The notes under the pieces: model-generated
Told to the model about the DNA's origin: nothing
The model's database searches: none
What the model saw: only the letters and a program-made list of their open reading frames with translations
Part shown: in pieces, positions 1 through 9,900 of the stretch
How the letters are laid out: each line of letters begins with the position of its first letter
How positions within the stretch are numbered: the first letter of the stretch is position 1
DNA from: an uncultured Lentisphaerales bacterium
Lineage (GTDB): Bacteria; Verrucomicrobiota; Lentisphaeria; JABSQK01; UBA12247
Length of the DNA: 24,736 bases
Direction: 5' to 3'
Assembly (NCBI GenBank): GCA_943788985.1
Contig: CALSSJ010000048.1
Coordinates: 1-24,736, forward strand
Translations under genes and position numbers: made by a program

Positions 1-321
1 CGCTTAGCCGGGGCGAGGGACATAGTGACGTGAGACTCGCTCCCGCCGAGTGGTTCTCCCCAAGTCCAGCTAAAGGCGAGCTCGTTATTGGGGGACGACG
101 CGGTCATAGGTGCCGGTGAGGGACACAATTCCTGATTCGCCGGTAAACATGCGCAGGGAATATGTGCCACCTTCTTCGGGGGTAATCGTGCCCTCTTCAA
201 GATGGCAATTCCCGGGGCTGAACCAGGTCTTGAGACCTTCTATTGCGGTGAGGGTATCGAAAAGCTGCTGCGCTGTCGTTCCAACGGTTCGCTGAAGTAC
301 CAGTTCGTGTTTGTCCGGCAT
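1..321 (-). CDS. SRPBCC/AHSA1 (START-like) domain protein; 3' end runs off the window; one apparent +1 frameshift at the G5 run at 90-94
   Basis: MPDKHELVLQRTVGTTAQQLFDTLTAIEGLKTWFSPG...EEGGTYSLRM...GTYDRVVP fits the AHSA1 pattern. Removing one base from the run at 90-94 continues the frame as NNELAFSWTWGEPLGGSESHVTMSLAPAK to the window edge. A GAGG RBS precedes ATG ATG (324/321). Confidence 0.8.
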
Positions 322-380
322 CATGAGCCTCGTTTTGCGGTGTGTGGCGCTGAATAGATACGGTACGCGCGCGCTGGTTG

Positions 381-408
381 TTGACAACCAGCAGGAAGCG
401 GCTACCAT
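381..408 (+). promoter_or_regulatory. Putative sigma-70 promoter for rpoN (TTGACA-N16-TACCAT)
   Basis: Perfect -35 TTGACA at 381-386 and TACCAT at 403-408, about 50 bp upstream of the rpoN ATG (459), which has a GGAG RBS. Confidence 0.55.
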
Positions 409-458
409 TGGGCGCCTGCGGTCACGCGCGGCCACAGTAATCTACACCGGAGCATTTG

Positions 459-1933
459 ATGGCATCACCGACCATGGGATTTGTCCAAGCCACATCGCAG
501 CAGATGAGGCAGGAGCAAACACTGACACGCCAGCAGATTCAGGCGCTTCAGATTTTGACTGCGCCTTACATGGAGCTGCAGGCCCGGATCAATCAGGAAG
601 TCAGCGTAAATCCGGCACTCGAGTCGCTTAGCAGCGAGAGCGAACAGCTGATCGGGGATCCGACCGAGGACGCGACCAACGAGCCTACAGCCGGAGACGA
701 TGCTGCCGCAGCAGCAGAGAAGGATGAGTACATCGCTGGCGTGCTGAACTCAGATCCGAACTGGCGCGATTATGTGCCGCCGAACCACGCGACACAAAGC
801 CATTCGACCGATGACGAGGAGCGCCGCGAGTACTTCTTTAACTCGCTGACGACCAAGAAAGGGCTTGGCGATGACCTGATCGAGCAGCTTAGCACCATGG
901 ACTGCACGACGGAAATCGAGGACATCGCGACGCTGATAATTGGCAATATTGATCCTGGCGGTTATCTGCGCGCTGACAGAGATGAGATTATGGAAGTTGC
1001 AGACTGCAGTGAGTCGCAGTTCGATCAGGCCCTGACTGTGGTCCAGGCACTGGATCCAGCGGGAATCGGTGGTCGTGATATGCGAGAGTGCCTGCTGCTT
1101 CAGTTGCAGCGCTCAGAGCGCTCGGGGACGCTGGGCCTACACGCTGGTGGATAAATACCTGGATCAGCTTGCCAAGAACCGGATTCCGGACATTTGCGAT
1201 GCGCTTGGGGTGAAGCCATCCGATATTTACGAGGCGCGCAAAGAGATTCGCGGGCTGCAGCCACGGCCAGGAAATTCATCGCCATCACAGCCGGACCAGT
1301 TCGTGATTCCTGAAGTGATCGTGGAGCTGAATGAAGACAACAGCTTAGAGATCGTGATGAATGAATCCTGTAAACCACGTTTTCAAACTCTCGGACCGCT
1401 ATCTGGCCTTGCTTGAGGATCCAGCGACTCCGGCGGATGTGAAGAAGTATATTCGAGAGAAGGTAAATAACGGTCACATGTTGCTCAACAGCGTCTCGCA
1501 ACGTCATAGTACGATCCTGCGGATTGCCGAGAGCGTGATGGCCCATCAGCGAGAGTTTCTGGATCGCGGCGACGTGGCCTTAAAGCCGCTGACGATGACG
1601 CAGGTTGCGGATGAGCTGGGGATGCATGAAACCACCGTAGGTCGGGCGATCGCGAACAAGTACATGTTGACTCCACGAGGACTGATTGCTTTTCGGCATT
1701 TTTTCTCGACTGGCGGCGTGCGTTCCGATGACGGCGAGGATATCTCGATCGCTACCATCAAGACTCGCATCAAGGCTTTGATCAGTGAAGAGGTGCCTGC
1801 TAAGCCACTGAGCGATCAGCGCTTGGCTGAGATGTTGAAGAAAGAAGGGTTCAACGTGGCCCGCAGGACCGTCGCAAAGTATCGCGAGGCGCTTGGGGTC
1901 CAGTCGTCTCAGCTGCGAAAATCCTACGGCTGA
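459..1933 (+). CDS. rpoN: RNA polymerase sigma-54 factor, split by two apparent +1 frameshifts (~1133-1135 and ~1380-1383)
   Basis: Q-rich region I (QQMRQEQTLTRQQIQALQILTAPYMEL), IIGNIDPGGYL, LDPAGIGGRDMRECLLLQL, LKPLTMTQVADELGMHETTVGRA and the RpoN box ARRTVAKYRE are spread over ORFs 456-1154, 1069-1416 and 1361-1933. These join on removing one G and one T. Confidence 0.95.
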
Positions 1934-1940
1934 CGGCGCT

Positions 1941-3479
1941 TTGATTCGTCGCCTGACAGACCGAGAGTGCCTGCACTGTGCTGTGTGGCTGATTACAGGG
2001 CTAACAATCTGGCGGATTTTGTATCTGTGGGTCGTGCCGCTAGACTTGATCGCAGACGAAGCCTACTACTGGGATTGGTCGCGACAGCTGGATATTGGCT
2101 ACTACAGCAAACCCCCGATGATCGCGTGGGTAAATTTCGTATCGCGTAGTCTCCTGTGGCACGACGCGTTCTGCGTACGTCTGCCGGCTCCGTTACTCAA
2201 TGCTGCGGCGATGAGCGTAGTTTATGTCTTAGCCAAAACGATGTACGACAGCCGAGTCGCGCTTTGGGCGTTGCTCTTCATGGCTGCCTCTCCTGGGGCG
2301 GTGCTGTTGAACCTGGTCATGACCATTGATGCGCCGCTGGTATTATTCTGGAGTGTGGGCCTGTATGCCGGCTGGAGAGCCCTGAACGCAGAGGGCTGCG
2401 ACTGGCGCTGGTGGTGCCTGTCGGGCGTGGCCGGGGGCCTGGGGCTGTTGACCAAGCAGATGATGCTCGCCTATCTCGGAGGCCTATTCCTGGTCGCCTG
2501 GATTGTGCCTGACTGGCGGCGGCATCTGCGGACGCCGGGGCCCCTATGTGATGCTCGTGATCGCGATTGTGGTATTCAGCCCGGTAATCTTCTGGAACGC
2601 GCAGAATGATTGGATCACCGCGGAGCATACGACCCACCACTTTCACGCCTCTAAGAGGCCATGGTACAATGGCTTCTCGACTTTTGGTGAATACGTTGGC
2701 GGGCAATTCGGCGTGGTTTCGCCGATCACCGGTATCTTGGGACTGCTCGTCATTCTCCAGGCTGCGAAGTTCGCAAAACGCAGCCGGGATCCGCGGGCGG
2801 TGTTTCTGCTGGTTCTTGGGCCGTTGGGCTTGTTGGGGATTGCGCTGCTCAGCTTCCGGCAACGAATCAATGCCAATTGGCCAGCAGTGTTTCATGTCGC
2901 GAGTGTGCTTTTGCTGGCTGCCTGGGCCGGCGGCGGGCTGCGCTTCAACGAGAGATTTGCCGGTTTGCGCGCTTGGCGAATCCCGGCTTTGGGACTGGGA
3001 GCTGGTCTGGCGGTAATTCTGTATCTCCTGCCGTTTGTTTGGATTTTGCTGGGGCTGGATGGCGGGAAACTCGACCCCGCACGCCGGCTGCGCGGCTGGG
3101 AGAAGTTCGGCGCGACGCTATCGGAAATCAAAGCGGAGTTTCCGCAGCCTGAGAATACGGTGGTGGTGGCGTTTAACCGTAAGCACACGGCGGAGCTTGC
3201 CTACTACATGTTGGAGCGGCCCACGACGTACGAGTGGCGCGCAGATCCCAACTCCATCCGCAATCAGTATACGCTGTGGGGCGGTCGGTAGACCGAATTG
3301 GAGCGGATGCGATGTTGGTGGTGCCGTATGATCGCAAACCGCCGCCGGAGATCGTGAAGCATTTCAGAGCGATTCATAAGGTTGCAGAACTGCACATTCG
3401 CGCCGGAGGGGACGGGCAGCACCATGTCACGATCTATCGCGGTGAGCATATCCTTTCCTGGCCAACGAGGGACAAATGA
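1941..3479 (+). CDS. ArnT/PMT-family (GT-C fold) polyprenyl-phosphate-sugar glycosyltransferase, split by two apparent frameshifts (~2541-2544 and ~3285)
   Basis: DLIADEAYYWDWSRQLDIGYYSKPPMIAW, MTIDAPL, GLGLLTK, FSPVIFWNAQNDW and INANWPA motifs, with many TM segments. ORFs 1893-2609, 2503-3291 and 3234-3479 join as RTPGPYVML and WGGPVDRIG after single-base corrections. Probable TTG start at 1941. Confidence 0.85.
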
Positions 3480-4699
3480 GTAAACAGAGTTATCGCAGCA
3501 TGTGGCTGCCGGATTTGTGCATTATCGGCGCGTTGTTTTTAGTAGCGGTGATCGTCGGGACATTCACAACCTTGGATATTTCCCTAGCCGCCTCATTCTA
3601 TGACGCGGGTGGCACGATTACTCGCTGGCCGCAACGCAATGCCCCGCTCTGGCTGTTCTTCTACCACGCGATTCCGTGGTTTACTGGCGCTCTCGCAATT
3701 GCTGCCGTGGTGATGCTGATCCGAGGGACCTTGGATCCCACCAAGCGGCTGCAGCGGGTATATGGGCTTTTCATCTTTCTCACGGTCGCTTTTGGACCTG
3801 GCATCGTGGTGAACGCTGTCTTCAAGGATCACTGGGGCAGGCCGCGCCCGAAGCACACGACGCAGTTCGGCGGCAAGGAGGCCCATCGGCCGTTTTACCT
3901 GCCAGGGCGCAGAGGTAAGGGCAAGTCTTTTCCGTGCGGTCATAGCTCCGTGGGCTTTTCATTTGCGATCCTCGCATTGCTGATGCGTCGCCGGAAGCCC
4001 GGGCTGGCAGCAGGACTGTTGGTCGGCACCTTTGCTTTCGGCATGATGGTCGGTATTGGGAGAATGGCGGCGGGAGCTCATTACTTCTCTGACGTCCTAA
4101 TGAGCGCTGTGATGGTCTGGGCCGTGGGCTGGTTGTTGTATTATTTTGTGTTGCGCATTCCTGAGCGCGAAGATGCGCCTGCCGATGTGGCGGTGGCGGC
4201 GAAAAATCCCAGGCTGATGATTGCGCTGTACTGTGCTCTCGGAGCCCTCTTTCTGGGAATGCTGCTATTCGCTACCCCGGTTCACGAGCGGATTCGCTGG
4301 GATGTTCCGATAGCCGAGGTTTCTGCCCCGATCGCAGTAGACCTGTCGCTGGATTACGGAGACCTCCACATCCATTTCACAGAGGATGCAGAGCTTGCCA
4401 TGCAACTCAGCGGCGAAGCTCTCGGGTTTGGTCTGCCGATCAACAAAGTGCACCGAGAGCGTGAGCAAGCTGGAAGCAGCTATCGCTACCATGTGACGCA
4501 TAGCGGCGTGTTTACCGAGCGAGACACCAGCATGCGGATCGATCTGCGCGTTGCGAACTTCGCAACTCTAAAAGCGGTGGTGCAAAACGGAGATATCAAA
4601 GTGACCGGCGCTGTGCCAGAACGAAACTACCTCGAACTCACCACTGCCACAGGCAAGGTAAAGTTCGAGCACGATATCTCTGAGTCTGACGCCGACTGA
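3476..4699 (+). CDS. PAP2-family membrane phosphatase (LpxF/undecaprenyl-pyrophosphate-phosphatase-like) with an extra C-terminal beta-rich domain
   Basis: PAP2 motifs C1 KDHWGRPRP, C2 FPCGH and C3 GRMAAGAHYFSDV; ATGA overlap with the upstream gene. Confidence 0.88.
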   Translation: MSKQSYRSMWLPDLCIIGALFLVAVIVGTFTTLDISLAASFYDAGGTITRWPQRNAPLWLFFYHAIPWFTGALAIAAVVMLIRGTLDPTKRLQRVYGLFIFLTVAFGPGIVVNAVFKDHWGRPRPKHTTQFGGKEAHRPFYLPGRRGKGKSFPCGHSSVGFSFAILALLMRRRKPGLAAGLLVGTFAFGMMVGIGRMAAGAHYFSDVLMSAVMVWAVGWLLYYFVLRIPEREDAPADVAVAAKNPRLMIALYCALGALFLGMLLFATPVHERIRWDVPIAEVSAPIAVDLSLDYGDLHIHFTEDAELAMQLSGEALGFGLPINKVHREREQAGSSYRYHVTHSGVFTERDTSMRIDLRVANFATLKAVVQNGDIKVTGAVPERNYLELTTATGKVKFEHDISESDAD

Positions 4700-4882
4700 T
4701 CACGATCGGCTTTTTAAGCGCTTGATTCAGAGTTTGGAAAACCGGAGTTTGAAGAGGTGGATGGAGTGATTAAGTCATTGAACGTGCACGATTTTCTGCC
4801 AGCAATCTGAACGGCCCATGACGACTGTCGAGGGGCGAACCCGCGAGGTCGCAGAACGGGTTGCCCGGCCGATGTAGCAGCC

Positions 4883-6904
4883 TCAGCTGCGGACGCGGAT
4901 GGTGGTGGCGGCCTTGGAGCCGTTGGCGAACAGGCAGACGATGTGATGTTTCCCCGGCCCGAAGCTGTGCTGCTGCTGGCCTTCCCCAATTGGGCGGCCG
5001 TTCACGTACCAGTTTCCGGCCATCAACCCGCTGACTCGAAGATCAAGCACCACCTCGCCTTCGGGCGCTTGGTAGAGACTCCGTGACGGGGAGAGAATGA
5101 TCGGAGTTCTTTCGTCGGCCTGTTGGCAGGTGCCCGGGCAGTAGCGGATCGCCCCGCGCCCCACTGTTCCCGTACTACTGGTGCAGTCTCGGCGCGGCAG
5201 CAGTCCCGTATGCTCGCAGACCGACCTAGTGACGACAGCTGGGGACTCGGGCGCACCGCCCTGTGGATGCAACGCCGCCACCACATCGGCCCACACAGGA
5301 GCCGCAGCCGTTGTTCCGACTAGGGCACGGGCTGGGCGCCCTGACTTATTGCCGAGCCAGACGCCAATCGCATAGCGATCGGTCCAGCCCACACACCAGG
5401 CATCGCGATGACCGTTCGAGGTGCCGGTCTTCCATGGCAGATCCAGATGCTCACAGCCCGGCACAGGCCGCGTTAGCATATGCTGCAATTGGGCGCAGGC
5501 ATCTAGGGAAGCTGGTAGCAGCCCGTTGGCCAAGGCCGCGTAGCTCTCAGTGAGATTCACTAGCGAGATCTCAGCCCCGCCCAGTGCCAGGGTAAGCCCG
5601 GTTTGGCTGGCTGGCGCATGGGGGAGCCCGTAGGCCGTAAAGGTGTGCTGGACCGATGCGGTCCCCAGGCGTTCGTGCAGCCGGATGGCGGGTAGGTTTA
5701 GCGACGAGCACAACGCCTCCGTGGCCGTTACCCAACCAGCGGTCTCACCCGCGAAGTTGTGAGGCTGGTAGGTGCCGTACCGCAACGGCGCATCGAGCAG
5801 CTTGCTCGCTGGCGTGATCATCCCCAGATCCAGCGCTTGCAGATAGAGAAACGGCTTCAGGGCGGACCCCGGCGAGCGTGGCCGAACTGCTGCATTGACC
5901 CGACTGTTGGTGATCGCTCCCGAATACAACGTCCCAACCATGCAAGCGTGTCCAGAGGTCGCCAGATCAATCACCACAGCAGCCCCATCCTTGACGCCTG
6001 GAAGCCGACGCACGGCTCGCTTCAATGCGGTGCGCACCACGGTCTCGACCTGTGGATCCAATGGCGTATCGATCCACGGTCCGGCTCCCTGCTGCCGGGC
6101 ACAGTACTGCTTGCGAACGAGATCGGTTTGCGGAGTTCGCACGCGGCTGATTCCCGCGGGCAGTGAGGCAACGCGGATCGGGCGTTTGGCGATGGCCGCA
6201 GCGGCTTTCTGCGTCAACATCCCGGTTTCGACCAAACTCCGCAACGTTTGCCCCTGGCGTCGCCGGGCGCGGCGCAGGTGTCGGTCCGGGCGGAATGCCG
6301 TCGGACGTTGCGGCAGGCCAGCCAGCAGCGTCGCCTCCGCATCCGTTAGCTCAGATGCGGACTTCGCAAAGTAGCAGCGCGAAGCCGCCTCCGCCCCAAG
6401 CAGGTTTGCCCCCATGGGGATGGAATTGAGGTAGTGCTCGAGAATCCACTCCTTGGAATAGCGTCGTTCGAGGTCCAACGCGCGAAGCGTCTGGCGCAGC
6501 TTGCCCAGATAGCTGCGCGGCTCTGGAACGGCCATGCGAGCGAGTTGCATCGAGATGGTCGATGCTCCAGAGTTAATCCGGCCATTGTAGAGATTGCCCA
6601 GTAGGGCACGGCCCACCGCCCAGACATCGACGCCGCTGTGCTGCCAGAATCGTTTGTCTTCCACGGCAATAATGCCCTGCTGGAGCAAGACCGGAATCTC
6701 CGCCAGCGGAACGGGCAGGCGCCAGCCTCCGTTGCTGGCAAGCTGGCCATAGATTTCAGTGCCGTGTCTATCACGATAGACCGTGGCGGTCTCCGCCAGG
6801 CAGCCGAGGCGGAATGGGACCAGTTTGGGCCCGAGCCAAAGCCCCAGCCCTGCCACCACGACTGCTGCGACACAGCCAGTGATCAGATAGCGACGCCATC
6901 TCAC
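4883..6904 (-). CDS. pbpC: Penicillin-binding protein 1C (transglycosylase + transpeptidase + C-terminal domain)
   Basis: GT51 motifs EDKRFWQHSGVD and GASTISMQLAR; transpeptidase motifs SALK, SLN and KTG; C-terminal WYVNGRPIG domain. GTGA overlap with the A2M stop codon. Confidence 0.93.
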   Translation of the reverse strand: MRWRRYLITGCVAAVVVAGLGLWLGPKLVPFRLGCLAETATVYRDRHGTEIYGQLASNGGWRLPVPLAEIPVLLQQGIIAVEDKRFWQHSGVDVWAVGRALLGNLYNGRINSGASTISMQLARMAVPEPRSYLGKLRQTLRALDLERRYSKEWILEHYLNSIPMGANLLGAEAASRCYFAKSASELTDAEATLLAGLPQRPTAFRPDRHLRRARRRQGQTLRSLVETGMLTQKAAAAIAKRPIRVASLPAGISRVRTPQTDLVRKQYCARQQGAGPWIDTPLDPQVETVVRTALKRAVRRLPGVKDGAAVVIDLATSGHACMVGTLYSGAITNSRVNAAVRPRSPGSALKPFLYLQALDLGMITPASKLLDAPLRYGTYQPHNFAGETAGWVTATEALCSSLNLPAIRLHERLGTASVQHTFTAYGLPHAPASQTGLTLALGGAEISLVNLTESYAALANGLLPASLDACAQLQHMLTRPVPGCEHLDLPWKTGTSNGHRDAWCVGWTDRYAIGVWLGNKSGRPARALVGTTAAAPVWADVVAALHPQGGAPESPAVVTRSVCEHTGLLPRRDCTSSTGTVGRGAIRYCPGTCQQADERTPIILSPSRSLYQAPEGEVVLDLRVSGLMAGNWYVNGRPIGEGQQQHSFGPGKHHIVCLFANGSKAATTIRVRS

Positions 6905-9900
6905 TGGATCACCATGCAGCCTTCCCCATTGGCAGCCACAATATCTGGCCGATACATGGCCTCGCTGGTAATTCGCGGGATCGAGTACGTGCCTGGCGTG
7001 ACTGCGCGCGTCCAGTACTCAAACGTCATCGGCCTCTCCGCCTGCAGGTCGAGGTAGAGGATCACGCGGTCGTCGAGCAATTCATGGTAGCGCACTCCGT
7101 AGGGCCGGGCCTCGCCTCGCGGCTGGTGCCAGCGCGTGTCCAAGCTAGGATCCTCGATCTCCAAGCCGCCAGGCAACAGATCGACGGCGACCACGTTGCG
7201 GACCGCCTGATCAGAGCTGAGGGTGATTCGGACACACACGCGATCTCCTTGGCGTGGGGCAAGTACCGGCTCGCCGTCCGCGTCCAAATAGGTACGGGTG
7301 ATGCTCATGCCGCGGGAACGCGGTCCACTTTCAGGCTCCAGTGGGATGCCACGATGCCGAATGGCGATCAGGGCCGGACTGGTCGTAGAAACGCTGCATG
7401 CTTCATCAGGGCCTAGCGTGGTCTGAACCTGCGCCCCGACCTGCCGGTCTTCACCCGACACTGTTGTGATGGTGCCGCTTTGCGGCGGATACTGACGATT
7501 CCAGGCTGACAGGGCCATAGCCCCGAGTGCGTTGTTGTGCGTGTTGCCCCAATGCCCGTCCACACGAAGGCCCTCCAGGCTGGCAAACAGCGCTGGAATT
7601 GCGTGATGATCTGGCTTCACGGTCAGTAATGCCCACAGGAGTAGAGCCTGACGACGAACCGGCGAGTTCAGTTCCCCCTTGCCGGCAGGAATTGTGGCCA
7701 AGTCCAGACTCTCCAGAGCCGTCTTGCCCGGCTGTTGGTGACCGGCGCGGATTAAGGCGAGGGCGGCCAAAGCTTGGTCATAGGGCGATCCAGGATGCCG
7801 GGCGACATCAAGCGCCCGCGTCGGCACAGCCTGATCCGCCAACGCCAGCACCAGGTGCGCGTAGCCTTCGAATCCCTCAGGCAGGCGTCGATCCGTGTAG
7901 AGGACGCGGAATCGCAGCCATTTCAGCGCGTCATCGTACAGGCGGGTATCCACAGAACAGCCTGCCTGGCGTGCGCCCACTAAGAACTGACAGGCGTAGA
8001 TGCTCGCTTCCGTCCAGTCGCGAGTTGCTCCTGGCCACATCCCAAATGCTCCATTTGACCGCGCCAGCTGCTGCAAGCGCGCAACGGCTGCGTCTACCCG
8101 ATCTTGGATCTCCATCTTGGGCTCAAGTTGGTGCAGAGCCAGCGCCGCTAGGGCCCGGCTCGTGGTTTGCTCCAAGCACCCGTACGGATAGTCGTCCAGC
8201 ATATGCTTGATCACGTTCAGATGCGTAGCACCAGCGGGGCCCGCGCTGACATCGCAGCGGTATGTGTCTGGCTCAAAGTCTGGAAAAGACTGGATCGTGT
8301 GCGTGTCGCCTGCCTCTAGCGTCCGGTGTTCGAGGACCACGATTGCCTCGCTGGCCGGACGTACGACCAACGGTACGCGGGCACGCGTAACAGTGCCCAG
8401 CAGATTTCCCGCCAGCAGAATCGCTGCGGGCCCGCAGTCCAGCGCTTCTACCTGCCAGGTGAGCTGATGTTCGCCGTGCGCCGAGAGCTCCACCGAGGTG
8501 GCTGGCGCAGACTCGCCCAGCAGGCGGCCATTGAGTTTGTTGCGGAGTTCGCAGGTGCCAGCGGTATCCCCGTGGTTGAAGATCGTGGCGGTAACGGTGA
8601 AGGTATCGCCCGGGGCTACAGCGCGGGGCGCAGACAGACGAATCGTCAACGGCGTGCGCGTCACAAGCGTCGAGTCAGTCGCCCCCACGACATCGTCGCC
8701 TGCCCCGACCGCGATCAGCCGTAGCTCGCCGGAGTGGTCGGGCAACGGCACCTGGATTGTGTGGGTACCAGCGGTCAACGACACGGGGGGCAGCACCACA
8801 ATTGCGGGATCCATCAGGTCAGGACGAATGGACCCGCGGCCCATCCTGCCGCCACCACCGAGTGCGGCAATGGTTGCGAAGTCCGCAGGTGTATCCGGGA
8901 ACAGTGAATCAAACATGTCTGCGAAGCGTGCACCGCACCGGCGTGGGCCGTAGAAGAAGCTGTGAGGGGCCGGTGTGCGATAGCCGCTCAAGGCAAGAAT
9001 CCCCTGGTCGACAGCGTAAAGCTGCACGGCTGCGTCATGAGAGAGACTCACAGCCACGGCCAACGTTTCCCCGGGCTTGGCCTCGGCCTCGTGGGACAGC
9101 TTGATGTCTAGCTGATGCTTGGACTGATTCACCATCAGGTGCGCGAGTCCGAACAGTCGCCGCGGTACGAGTGCATCGCCGCTGCGCTCGTGCACCACCG
9201 TTACGGCTGCATAGACACTGCCCAAGGCAGTTTGGGGAATGGGCACTTCCACGGTGTTGAGCCCTGCCTGTACCGGCACCGCCTGCGAGTGGTCGATCTG
9301 GCGCGCGGAGGTCACGATGAATGCGCTCCCGGCGGTCGGTGCCAAAAACTGCAGCCGCGCCGTGGTTCCCGGCTCGTACGTGGGGCGATCTGTCTCGATG
9401 ACGAGACCGGCCGGGTGCGTGGTCCGGCTGCTGTCTTGCCCACGATAATGCCAGAACGAGCGGCGCGATTGCACCAGGTTCTCATCATCGCGCATGAGCA
9501 GCTGATAATGCCCGCCGGTCAGATCGGTCAGCTCGATCTTACCAGCCTCCAGTCCGGGCTGTAACTCACCTTCACGCACCAATTCGTCGTCCTGCGACCA
9601 GTCGCGCACAATGTCGCCGTCATCATCATAGCTGAGAGCGTACCGCCAGGTCCGCCGGCTGAGGGTCCAGTGCAGCGTGCCAGCGGCATACGGGCTGCCA
9701 GTTGCGGACACCGCACGCCAAGGGATGTGGGGCGGATCATCACCGGCAGGCGTTGCCAGACCGATGTAATAAGGAACGGGATGCACGATCTCGCTGTGCC
9801 GGGCGGCTACCGTCCGCCCACCGGGCTCGGCGACCGTGCCGATGATCGTTGCCCGCAGTGCTGCTGGTGGCGTTAGCTCGTCGGGGATGGCCAGTTCGGC

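Noticed and set aside
1120..1390. Programmed ribosomal frameshifting in rpoN
   Set aside because: No slippery heptamer or stimulatory structure; two separate shifts would be needed, and neighbouring genes show the same indel pattern.
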